A DNA stretch of 64,000 nt from Planctomycetota bacterium (GTDB lineage Bacteria; Planctomycetota; GCA-002687715; DRQF01). The notes under the pieces are model-generated. The model saw nothing but the letters and a program-made list of their open reading frames with translations, did not search any database and was not told where the DNA came from. The position numbers and the translations under genes are program-made. Position 1 is the first letter of the stretch; every line of letters begins with the position of its first letter. The stretch lies in the NCBI GenBank assembly GCA_027001995.1, contig JALTLO010000064.1:1-64000 (forward strand), written 5' to 3'. Below, one piece after another: positions 36,821 to 45,781 of the stretch.

Positions 36821-38119
36821 ATGGAGATTTGGAAAATCGGCGGATCCTGCCTGTTGGGTGCCGCGTCTTATCAGAATATTGCCGAATTGGTTGGGCGCCG
36901 GCCCAAACCCAAGGGAATCGTGGTGTCGGCCATGTGTAAATCCACAGATCTTCTCGATGGCCTTATTCGAGGTCAGTCGAAGCATCCCGAGGAATTTCTT
37001 GACCGCCATCGGTTGGTATGGCGTCACTTGGGGGGAACGATTGAAGACTTTGGGGCCATGGAAATAACCCTGATGGCTAAACTTGCCAAGGACGAAGAAT
37101 TTTCGGCCTCAGATCGGGATAGTGTCCTGGCTTGGGGTGATGAGTTTTCGGCTCAAGCCCTGGTTCTTGCCCTGGGCCAAAAAAACCTGCCCTGTCAATA
37201 TGTGAGTGCGGGTGCCTTGGGTTTGGTGACAGATGATACTTTTGGTCAAGCACGTCCTGTTGGGGATGTGCGCACCCGTATTCGCCGAGCCATGGAGAAC
37301 TTGGAAGGGCTCATCGTGGCCCCGGGTTTCGTCGGTGTCACTGAAGATGGTCGAACCACGACATTAGGGCGTAATACGGGGGATTACAGTGCGGCCCTTG
37401 TTGCCGCCGCCTGGGGTTCTTCCGACTTGCGGGTCTTTGCCTCAGCAAGAGGAATTCTCAGTGCCGATCCGGCTCGGGTTCCCGGTGCCCAGCCTATTGA
37501 CGAGATGCGCTATGACGAAGCGGCTGAGATGGTTCATGCGGGAGCACCGGTCATGCACCCCTTGGCTCTTGCCACCATGCAATGCGTTGGGGCAAATACG
37601 TACATAGAAAACCTGGACCATGCCAATGACGATGTCACCTGCATCACCACGGAAACATCCAAACCAAAAAATTCCTTTCGGGCGATTCCCCATCGCTCGG
37701 GGTTGACTCTCATTGAGATGCACCCGCTTCCAGGTGTTGGGGGCCAGAGAGTTTTGGGGGAAGTCTTGGGTGTTTTGCAAGAGCAATCCGTGGCAGTCGA
37801 CATGAGTTCAGCTTCGGAATCTACAGCATTCCTCGCCGTTCAAGCTGGTCCTCATGTGGCCCCTATTTTGGATGGGTTCTCAGATCGTGCGATGATTGAC
37901 ATGCAGCCAGGCTTTTCTTCTGTCAGCCTGGTTGGTCTGGGGGTAACGGAGGAAAGGGGCATTTCCTCCCGGGCTTTGGCTATCCTTACGGAAGCGGGGA
38001 TCTTCCCGAAGTTCATGAATGAAGGTGGGCAATCTCCTCGGGTCTCTTTCTTGGTGACTGAAACTGATTTAGATCGAGCGCTGCAATTGCTCCACGATGC
38101 TGTGATCGCTCCGAACTAA
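36821..38119 (+). CDS. lysC: Aspartate kinase family protein with ACT domains (divergent)
   Basis: KIGGS, VVSAM, GRTTTLGR, ADP...YDEAAEM motifs and two ACT-like repeats. Confidence 0.78.
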   Translation: MEIWKIGGSCLLGAASYQNIAELVGRRPKPKGIVVSAMCKSTDLLDGLIRGQSKHPEEFLDRHRLVWRHLGGTIEDFGAMEITLMAKLAKDEEFSASDRDSVLAWGDEFSAQALVLALGQKNLPCQYVSAGALGLVTDDTFGQARPVGDVRTRIRRAMENLEGLIVAPGFVGVTEDGRTTTLGRNTGDYSAALVAAAWGSSDLRVFASARGILSADPARVPGAQPIDEMRYDEAAEMVHAGAPVMHPLALATMQCVGANTYIENLDHANDDVTCITTETSKPKNSFRAIPHRSGLTLIEMHPLPGVGGQRVLGEVLGVLQEQSVAVDMSSASESTAFLAVQAGPHVAPILDGFSDRAMIDMQPGFSSVSLVGLGVTEERGISSRALAILTEAGIFPKFMNEGGQSPRVSFLVTETDLDRALQLLHDAVIAPN

Positions 38120-39642
38120 TCTTCAACCGGTTGTTGGATGGGCTGTGATTCAAGCATGAGGGTTTCTCTTGCTTCGTTTTCATTCCACGGCAAGCAGATG
38201 AGGAATTCAGCTCCTCCTTCTTCTCGATTGTGAACACTGATGAGACCATCGTGGCTTTCAATGATGGCGCAAGCGATAGCAAGACCTAAGCCGGCCCCCT
38301 CGAAACTGCCTCGAGTCACGGTGCTTTGGGAGAAGGTGTCAAAAATCATGCTGAGTTCTGTGGGGGGAATGCCGGGGCCATGATCTGCGACACGCACCAC
38401 CACGTCGTTCTTGGTGCAAGATAGGTCGACGGAGACATCGGTGCCTGGTTCGCCGAATTTCCCGGCGTTACCAAGGATGTTGACGAAAACCTGACGCATA
38501 TGTTTGCGATCAAAGCGAATCCTCTTGGGGAAGTCGTTTGAAACTGTGATCTTGATTTCAAGCTGTCGTTCAGCGAAGAGAGGTTCGTATTTTCCCACGA
38601 TGTCGAACAAGAGGGCCCTCAGGTCAAGATATTCAAAGTGGTAGTCCACCTTGCCAGATTCGATTTTTGAGATGTCGAGGAGATCGTCAATCAAGGGTAG
38701 AAGTTCGCCAGCGCTTTCTAAGATTTGCTGAAAGTAAAACAGGGTCTTATCACGATCCAATCGGTCGATGCGACGAATGCCCAATTTGGCGAAAGAAATC
38801 ATACCATGCATGGGTGTTCGAAACTCGTGGGAGACACGGCCCAGAAATTGAGACTTCAGTTCATTGGCGCGGACGGCTTCGTCCTTGGCTGCCCGCAACT
38901 CCTTCGTCCGCTCCTCCACCATGATTTCCAGTTTCTCGGTGAGCTGACGCATTTGCCTTTGGGCTTCGAAAGCTTCAGCCATCATGTTGAGCATGGCCCG
39001 CCTGGTGTCTTCCAAGTCGGAGACGCGAGATTGAAGTTGGGCTGTTCTTTGGTTTACCTTGTGCTCAAGTTGGTTCGAAAGGCGTTCTTGTTCATTGCGG
39101 AGAAAAGCCGACCCAAGAGCTTGAGAAAGAAGTAAGGCCGAGCAGGAAAGGTTGCGGCGTGCTTCTTCTGAGGGCAGAGTCTCACCGTAGATGCCCAAGA
39201 CTCCCAAGAGCCTGCCCGCCGAGAAAAGAGGAAAACCGCAGAACGTTGTCAGGTTGTGTTCTTTGCACCATGACAACTCAGTCTCATAACCTGAGCCTCG
39301 CAACTCATGACAGAAGTGATCGTGTTCATTCTTGCCAACGATCCCAGGAAGTCCTTGGCCGAAGGCCATGTTTGACATCGGGTCCTGGAGGGCTGTTGTT
39401 TCCCCAGCAGAAGCCTCCAGTTGGAGGCAATGGAAAGAGGTTTCACAGGCCGCGGGTTGGGTGCAGTTTGAGCAATGTTTGGTCGATCTGGAAAGCCATA
39501 TCCGTACAACGCTCCTGGGCAGCCGGTCGTCGATGGACCGTACAGCCGCTGAGACGATTTCCACCGCATCTCTTTGGTCCCGCAGGAAAAGGGCGAGACT
39601 TCGAACAATGTCCAAGCATTCGCCTGTTTGGGGCGCGGACAT
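38116..39642 (-). CDS. Cytoplasmic GAF-domain histidine kinase
   Basis: GAF, coiled coil, H-box VSHEFRTP, NAGKF, DHGPG and GAGLGL. Confidence 0.92.
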   Translation of the reverse strand: MSAPQTGECLDIVRSLALFLRDQRDAVEIVSAAVRSIDDRLPRSVVRIWLSRSTKHCSNCTQPAACETSFHCLQLEASAGETTALQDPMSNMAFGQGLPGIVGKNEHDHFCHELRGSGYETELSWCKEHNLTTFCGFPLFSAGRLLGVLGIYGETLPSEEARRNLSCSALLLSQALGSAFLRNEQERLSNQLEHKVNQRTAQLQSRVSDLEDTRRAMLNMMAEAFEAQRQMRQLTEKLEIMVEERTKELRAAKDEAVRANELKSQFLGRVSHEFRTPMHGMISFAKLGIRRIDRLDRDKTLFYFQQILESAGELLPLIDDLLDISKIESGKVDYHFEYLDLRALLFDIVGKYEPLFAERQLEIKITVSNDFPKRIRFDRKHMRQVFVNILGNAGKFGEPGTDVSVDLSCTKNDVVVRVADHGPGIPPTELSMIFDTFSQSTVTRGSFEGAGLGLAIACAIIESHDGLISVHNREEGGAEFLICLPWNENEARETLMLESQPIQQPVED

Positions 39643-39739
39643 GGCTTACCTCATTTTCAATTCAACCTGCATAAACTATCGGTAAGAATGGGTTTAGCCT
39701 TGACCGGAAATGTCGATGTTTGTGCCTGTGGGCCGTCAC

Positions 39740-40834
39740 TCAGGGCTTGGGCTTCATTCGAGCGACTTGCCGGAAAGTCTTTTCCCATTGAGGTTTCTGG
39801 GTGGTCCAAAGATGGGACGCCAGGATGGGGGGGAGATTTGAAGAGGGATTCACTCTTCCAGCGATCCGACCCGGAAGGTGGGTTGCCAGCTCTCCAGGGG
39901 GATAGCGGAAAGCTTCTGGGTAAATCTCAGGGTAGCTCAAATGGTCGGGGACGATGGGTTCGGCTCCGGCCAAGGCCGCTTCCATTACTGACAAGCCAAA
40001 GAACTCGTGGACCGCGGTAGAAACCACAAAATCTGCTCTGTAGAGGAGGGCTTCGTAGGCCTTGCGATCTTTCACATGACCCCAATGAGTGATGTGTTTG
40101 CTTAGTTTTGATTTGGCTTCGCCAAAAACATCCGGCTGAGTCTTAAACGACTGCCCCAAGACCATCAGCTCAAAGGGGATCTTTTGCTCTTTCAGGTGAA
40201 GAAGTGCGGCGAAGAATTCCTCAGGGTTTTTATCATGCTCCCATCGATGATTCCAAAGGATGACTGGGGGCTGATTCCCGAGAGTGGCGCTCTTTTCTTC
40301 CTTTTTGCCCAGGGGTTGCGTCAGTGCCGGTGGCAGCACCAAGGACTTGGCGGCAACTTTGGCGAGGGAAGATTGCAGGTGAGTGTCGGGGACATCCTTG
40401 AGCACCAGCCCCATGCCCTCCAAGAAGCTGGATCGGTTCCATTCGCTGTTGAAGAGGTTTAAGTCTGCTGCCAAAGCTGTGGTGAAGTTGGTGATGACAA
40501 AGTGGCGGTCGCGGACATCTTCATTGCGACTGGGATAAGCCCATTGATTCTCATGCCAATAGACGATGGCAGGAAGTTGAGCGAACCTCTCGGGGGCTAA
40601 GCCGCGAAAGTCGGCCAAGCTGAGAAAGGTGGAGGCTAAGATGAGGTCGAATTCTTCACCCTCGAGTTTCTCCAAGACTTGAACGAAACTGGGCGCAGAA
40701 AAGCGCATCCGCCACTTCCAAGCTCTGGCCGGTTGGGTGAGTCGCCAGAACTCGAAAGGGAGATGAGCTTCTAAGTCATCGAGGAATCGTTTGTGAGAAG
40801 CGCCATGATAAGGCTCCAGCACCAGGATTCTCAT
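39740..40834 (-). CDS. DUF3524/GTDC1-like GT-B glycosyltransferase
   Basis: LEPYHGASH, WKWRMR, YWHENQ, WNHRWEHDKNPE and HEFFGLSVMEA motifs. Confidence 0.85.
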   Translation of the reverse strand: MRILVLEPYHGASHKRFLDDLEAHLPFEFWRLTQPARAWKWRMRFSAPSFVQVLEKLEGEEFDLILASTFLSLADFRGLAPERFAQLPAIVYWHENQWAYPSRNEDVRDRHFVITNFTTALAADLNLFNSEWNRSSFLEGMGLVLKDVPDTHLQSSLAKVAAKSLVLPPALTQPLGKKEEKSATLGNQPPVILWNHRWEHDKNPEEFFAALLHLKEQKIPFELMVLGQSFKTQPDVFGEAKSKLSKHITHWGHVKDRKAYEALLYRADFVVSTAVHEFFGLSVMEAALAGAEPIVPDHLSYPEIYPEAFRYPPGELATHLPGRIAGRVNPSSNLPPILASHLWTTQKPQWEKTFRQVARMKPKP

Positions 40835-41508
40835 GGGAATTCTGGCAGAACCTCTGGCAGCTCGCTCAGTTCGATGCGCTCGTTGTTTTGGGTCATGATG
40901 AGGAAAGGCTCAATCTCTTCGTTGAAATCTTGAGCGGCTTCCACTTCGGCTTCGTCCATGATGTCTTCGTCACAGGAGTCACCGGGACCAGGGGCGATGA
41001 GGGCTCGTCGATAGCATGCAGCTGCCTCACTCAAGTTGTTCTCTAAGTGCCAGGCAAATCCTTGGTGCAGATGAAACTTTTTGAGGGTCAGAGGATTGCC
41101 CCAAATGTTAATGAGATGCTGGGCACCTTTGAGGGCTTCCGCTGCTTCTTTGAAACGACCCGTCTTAAAAAGGGCATACCCGATGTAATAGAGATTATTG
41201 TTAGCCCAGGTCGGGCTCGCCAAGGCGACGGAGTCGATGTCGGAAACAATCTCGAGTTCTTTGCCGCCGTCTTTGTAACGACCTTCTTTAAGAAGTGTAC
41301 GTGCTAAGAGGAAGCGAGCTCGTACATCTTCTGGATCGTAGGCAACCGCTGCATTGAGGCAGGTGAGTGTTCGCTTGGTGTCATGAGCCATGTAGAAGTA
41401 GAGGGCGACTCGGGTCATAAGGTCGCAATCACTATCGTCTTCATAGCTTTCCCGAAGCTCTGCTAGCTTCTCGCGGATCTTTGCGTCTTTTTCGGCTTTA
41501 TTTTCCAT
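40831..41508 (-). CDS. TPR-repeat protein
   Basis: TPR-like helices (ARFLLARTL, YYIGYALF, EAAACYRRAL); stop overlaps the glycosyltransferase start (ATGA). Confidence 0.8.
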   Translation of the reverse strand: MENKAEKDAKIREKLAELRESYEDDSDCDLMTRVALYFYMAHDTKRTLTCLNAAVAYDPEDVRARFLLARTLLKEGRYKDGGKELEIVSDIDSVALASPTWANNNLYYIGYALFKTGRFKEAAEALKGAQHLINIWGNPLTLKKFHLHQGFAWHLENNLSEAAACYRRALIAPGPGDSCDEDIMDEAEVEAAQDFNEEIEPFLIMTQNNERIELSELPEVLPEFP

Positions 41509-41633
41509 GGGAGCATCATACCTCAAAATGGCAAGAGGGTTCCATGGGGCGAATCTTGGGGAAAATGGCCGTGAATTCTGTTCTCAAAGCCGGGTTCTCC
41601 TGGCTCCCGTGGTTTTAGCGCTGCAATAGCGTT

Positions 41634-42776
41634 CTACAGTTGATCGTAGAATTCGTCGCTGCCGTTGAGGCCCGCCAAGAAATCATGAAATTCGATTCTT
41701 TCATCACTGACGATGGCAGATTCTGGGCCGATGTGCACGGCCAAGAGTTTTTCGACCACCCAAGGAGACAGCATCAGGTCTCCAGCGGGAGTTGCCAGGC
41801 CCTCGTCGTCGGGGACTTGGAGAATTCCGTGGCGCATGAGGCGGCCATGAGGACTGAGGAGGCGTCTTCTTCGCAGGAGGCCTCGAGGACTGGAGCTCAC
41901 CAGTCGCAGGAGGTCAAGGGGTTCCAATGCCGACGAACCGGCAAATGCTTCTTGGACCAACATGGCCACGACGATGACACATTCGGCATCGGTCAAACCG
42001 AATTCTCGCCGAAAACGAATCAAAGGGAAGCGGTCTCCGTGTTCCGTCAGAGCCAAGCGACGCTCCATTGAACTCCATGCCCTTTCAAAGCGGTTCTGAA
42101 GGGTGGCCAGAGTCTCCATGGGTTCTCCTAAGACTTCTCGCCAAAGTCCGATTTCGAATGCTTTCGCCGCCCGGAATTGGACTTCTTCGATGACGTGAGA
42201 GAAGGCCAGGAAATGCTCTGTGGCGTCGGTGAAGGGTTTTGGCTGAGAGGCGTCGTCGGGTTTCTTGCCAGAGTTGAGCCGAGTAAAGAGCTCCAGGTCG
42301 AGAGCGAAATGCAAGTTCAGGATTTCTCCCTCCTCGACTTCCGCTTCGCGATAAACCATGAGTGCACCTAAACTCATGAGGGTTCCGTCCTCAGCGAGGA
42401 GGCGTGATTGTTTGGAGAGCTCGTAGGTGGAATCCGCAAGAAGCCAGAGAAGGTCCCGCCCACGGACGAAATATTCGTTTTGTTGGATGCGTTGGTGAAA
42501 GAGTATGGCCAGGAGTGATAGCTCTTCAGGAGTTGGGATGAGACCATTGGGTTTTTGCCCAACAAAACGCCTCAGTGCTTGGGGGGAGATGGACCCGAGG
42601 ATTTCGAGAAGCTGATCTCGCCCTTTTCTCTTGCGCCTCAGGAGCCGCCCACGTCCACTGCCTTGGGGTTCTTCGAATTCTGTGGTGCGTAGGTCATCCA
42701 ATGATTCAACAAGATCTAATATTTTCTTGAGTTTTCCCAGTGATGGTTGAGGGGTGGCGGGGTTGCTGTTGGTCAT
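41634..42776 (-). CDS. Hypothetical protein with two winged-helix-like repeats
   Basis: 380-aa ORF; repeated pattern (TPEELSLLAIL...LLAEDGTLMSLG and TDAECVIVVAM...LLSPHGRLMRHG). Confidence 0.6.
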   Translation of the reverse strand: MTNSNPATPQPSLGKLKKILDLVESLDDLRTTEFEEPQGSGRGRLLRRKRKGRDQLLEILGSISPQALRRFVGQKPNGLIPTPEELSLLAILFHQRIQQNEYFVRGRDLLWLLADSTYELSKQSRLLAEDGTLMSLGALMVYREAEVEEGEILNLHFALDLELFTRLNSGKKPDDASQPKPFTDATEHFLAFSHVIEEVQFRAAKAFEIGLWREVLGEPMETLATLQNRFERAWSSMERRLALTEHGDRFPLIRFRREFGLTDAECVIVVAMLVQEAFAGSSALEPLDLLRLVSSSPRGLLRRRRLLSPHGRLMRHGILQVPDDEGLATPAGDLMLSPWVVEKLLAVHIGPESAIVSDERIEFHDFLAGLNGSDEFYDQL

Positions 42777-42994
42777 AAGGTTGTTCTCATTTTCATCGCC
42801 TCGAATTGGGGAAGCTGTCCTTATGTACGGACGTCAATCGTGTCTCGACGGACCTGAAGTTTTTCAAAGGGATGGTTTGTTCGTAGCCTTCTGACAGCAA
42901 AGCACTTAGAGTTTTGAAATGTTGGGTACAATTTTTGGCCATATGTTTGCTCGAAAATTGAGCCTAACTCACTGCAACCGAACGAGATAGCGCT

Positions 42995-44344
42995 ATGAGC
43001 GAGCTGCATCGTCTCCTGGAGACGGCCAAATCTGAATTGCAACTCCCGCCCGACCAGGGTGACTCACCCGGTGTTTCTCAATTCATCGCTGAGAATCTCA
43101 TTGAGATTGCCGACAACATTGGCGAATTCAGCGAAGAGGAAAAAATCACGCTCTTGGAGCGCCTCAGCGCCGAAGAGATCGCCGATTTCCTCGAAGAACT
43201 TGACGAAACGGATCAACCCTTCTTCCTCGAACGACTGAAAGGGGACGAGCGCTTTCCCGAAGTCATGAGCGAGATGAAGGACGACGATATCGCTGATATC
43301 GTCGATGAGGTCAGTGAATCTGAGCGGGAAGAACTTCTGGATGTTCTCCCCAAGGCCCGGGCGGTCAAGATTCGCGAGCTTGCTCAATACGCCCCAGACA
43401 CCGCCGGTGGCCTGATGACCACAGAGTTCTTGGCGGTCGATCAGTCGGACACGGTTCGAGATGTGAAAGAGAAGATTCGAGACCAAGGGAATTTGGAATC
43501 GATCAACAACATTTTCGTGACCCAGAAGGACCGCCTCCTGGGGGTGTTCTCGGTTCGAGAGCTGATCTTGGCGGACAACGATGACGAAGTCGGAGCTTTC
43601 ATGGAAAGCGACGTGATTAGCATCGATGCCGACGAGGATGATGAAGAGTGCTACCGGGTGATGGAAACTTATCACCTATCCTCATTGCCAGTCGTCGATC
43701 AATACCATGATCTTCTGGGCATCGTGACTTTTGATGACGTACTCACCGTGGGAGAGCAAGAAGCCAGTGAAGACGTCTTTAAGATGGCGGGTTCTGCCGA
43801 CTTGCATCCAACCCGCGATAGTGTCTTTGGCCGGGTCAAGAAGCGGATTCCTTGGTTGCTTGTTTCTATTTTTGGGGGCTTCGGGGCGGCCATTGTCATG
43901 GGGCTCTTCCCCCTTCATGAAATGGTCAGTGAGATCACGAAGTTTCTACCCCTCATTCTCATGCTCGGCGGCAACATTGCCACCCAATCGTCTGCGACCA
44001 TGGTGAGAGGGTTCGCCACTGGGGAGGTTGATTCCACCCGGATTTCGAAGGTTGTGGGGGGCGAGGTCTTGGTCGGCCTTTTGGTTGGGGCGATTTGCGC
44101 GTCCATTGGCGGAGTCCTCGTCATCCTGACGGGAGGAGAAGACCCCTACACCATGGCTTCCGTGGTTCTTCTTTCGGTGGTTTGTTTGTCGTTATTGGCC
44201 TCGCTGTTGGGAACCTTGATTCCGACTGCTTGTGAACGCCTTGAGGTCGACCCAGCAATCTCCGCTGGACCATTCATTACTATGTTGATCGATATGGTGG
44301 GAGCCGGGGTTTATCTTGGATTCTTCATGTTGTTGAGGGCTTAA
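42995..44344 (+). CDS. mgtE: Magnesium transporter MgtE
   Basis: Acidic N-domain, CBS pair (TAGGLMT), KRIPWL, GGNIATQS and DPAISAGPFITMLID. Confidence 0.95.
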   Translation: MSELHRLLETAKSELQLPPDQGDSPGVSQFIAENLIEIADNIGEFSEEEKITLLERLSAEEIADFLEELDETDQPFFLERLKGDERFPEVMSEMKDDDIADIVDEVSESEREELLDVLPKARAVKIRELAQYAPDTAGGLMTTEFLAVDQSDTVRDVKEKIRDQGNLESINNIFVTQKDRLLGVFSVRELILADNDDEVGAFMESDVISIDADEDDEECYRVMETYHLSSLPVVDQYHDLLGIVTFDDVLTVGEQEASEDVFKMAGSADLHPTRDSVFGRVKKRIPWLLVSIFGGFGAAIVMGLFPLHEMVSEITKFLPLILMLGGNIATQSSATMVRGFATGEVDSTRISKVVGGEVLVGLLVGAICASIGGVLVILTGGEDPYTMASVVLLSVVCLSLLASLLGTLIPTACERLEVDPAISAGPFITMLIDMVGAGVYLGFFMLLRA

Positions 44345-44345
44345 C

Positions 44346-45662
44346 TTGGCCTCTCTGGATGATTTGGTATTGATTGCAGATTGGCTCCTTCCTATTTCGG
44401 CTGATCCGATTCAGGGTGGTTGGTTGTCCATTAAAGATGGCCGTATAACCGGGTTTGGCCAAGGGCCAACTCCCCAAAGCACCGAGACCAGGTCCTTTGA
44501 AGGGGGGATGATTCTTCCTGGATTGATCAATGCTCACACCCATTTGGGTTGTTCTTTTCTTGAGGGAAAAGCAACGGACTTGGGGTTTTTGGATTGGCTG
44601 GATGGCCGCATCACTCCTCAAGTGATTGACGCTTATTTGGGACCAAGGGCCGGGGCTCAAAGAGCGAACATGATGGCCCATGCGAAAAGAGCGGCGGCAT
44701 GGATGTCGCGGACGGGGACGACCACCGTTGTTGATAGCTTTTTCGATTCCATTGGTCATGAAGTTTTGGTGGAGCAAGGGCTAAGAGGTGTCTATTGTCG
44801 CGAGTACTTCGGATCCCGCAGCGATGATTTGCCCCAATACGCGGACGACATGCGCTCGCGCTGCTCTCAAGATGTGGAGCGATTCACTCAGGGCTTGGCG
44901 ACGTTCGGCTTGGCCCCTCATGCCCTTTACACATGTCCTCGGGATGTTTTGCTGAGCGTCTTTGACCGAGCCCGTGAGTTAGACATTCCGGTGACGATTC
45001 ATTTGGCTGAGAGTCAAGAGGAACGAGCATTTTTCATGACCGGCGGCGGTCCCATGAGAGAACTTTTTGCCCCCGGCGACTACAAGGATCGTTATGACTT
45101 TGGCAAGAGTCCCGTGCGTAACATGTATGATCTGGGGCTTCTTGATTCCCGGGTGGCTCTCGTACACATGGTTCACGTCGACGAAGAAGATCTGGACTTG
45201 GTGGCAGAAAGTGGTGCGACTGTGGTCCATTGTCCAGGCTCGAATGCCGGATTGTCGGTGGGTTGTGCCCCTGTTGCCGCCATGTTGAATCGGGGAATAC
45301 CAGTGGCCCTGGGGACGGATAGCTTGGCGAGTACATTCAGTATGAGTCTGTTCGACGAAATGCGAAACGCCCTTTTGTTTCATCGATTGACCTTTGGCGA
45401 TGTTCAGGGTTTAGATGTCCAGGCCATCTTCAAAATGGCGACTCTGGGAGGAGCCCGGGCGTCGGGTTTGGCAGATGAAGTCGGCAGTCTCGACGTGGGG
45501 AAGTGGGCCGATCTTGTGGTCATGGGACCTGCAACGACCAATTCCTCCTCCGCGATGATCGAAGAGCCCTACTCTTGGGCTCTCAGCAGTCTGTCCGAAG
45601 TTGTGTCCACCTATGTGGCTGGGCGCGAAGTTATTGATTCAACCTCGAGTCCTCAGAAGTAA
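44346..45662 (+). CDS. Amidohydrolase (MtaD/AtzA-like deaminase family)
   Basis: PGLINAHTH, HLAES, HMVH, HCPGSN and LGTDS motifs; TTG start just after the mgtE stop. Confidence 0.9.
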   Translation: MASLDDLVLIADWLLPISADPIQGGWLSIKDGRITGFGQGPTPQSTETRSFEGGMILPGLINAHTHLGCSFLEGKATDLGFLDWLDGRITPQVIDAYLGPRAGAQRANMMAHAKRAAAWMSRTGTTTVVDSFFDSIGHEVLVEQGLRGVYCREYFGSRSDDLPQYADDMRSRCSQDVERFTQGLATFGLAPHALYTCPRDVLLSVFDRARELDIPVTIHLAESQEERAFFMTGGGPMRELFAPGDYKDRYDFGKSPVRNMYDLGLLDSRVALVHMVHVDEEDLDLVAESGATVVHCPGSNAGLSVGCAPVAAMLNRGIPVALGTDSLASTFSMSLFDEMRNALLFHRLTFGDVQGLDVQAIFKMATLGGARASGLADEVGSLDVGKWADLVVMGPATTNSSSAMIEEPYSWALSSLSEVVSTYVAGREVIDSTSSPQK

Positions 45663-45781
45663 TTCAGATAAATTCCTTTAGCGAATCGAGCAGACGGTGA
45701 TAGGGTGAATGGACTCTGTGCCTCGGGCTCAAGAAGCTGGTGTTCATCTGAGATGATCCTATTTCAAAAAATGGAGTCACG

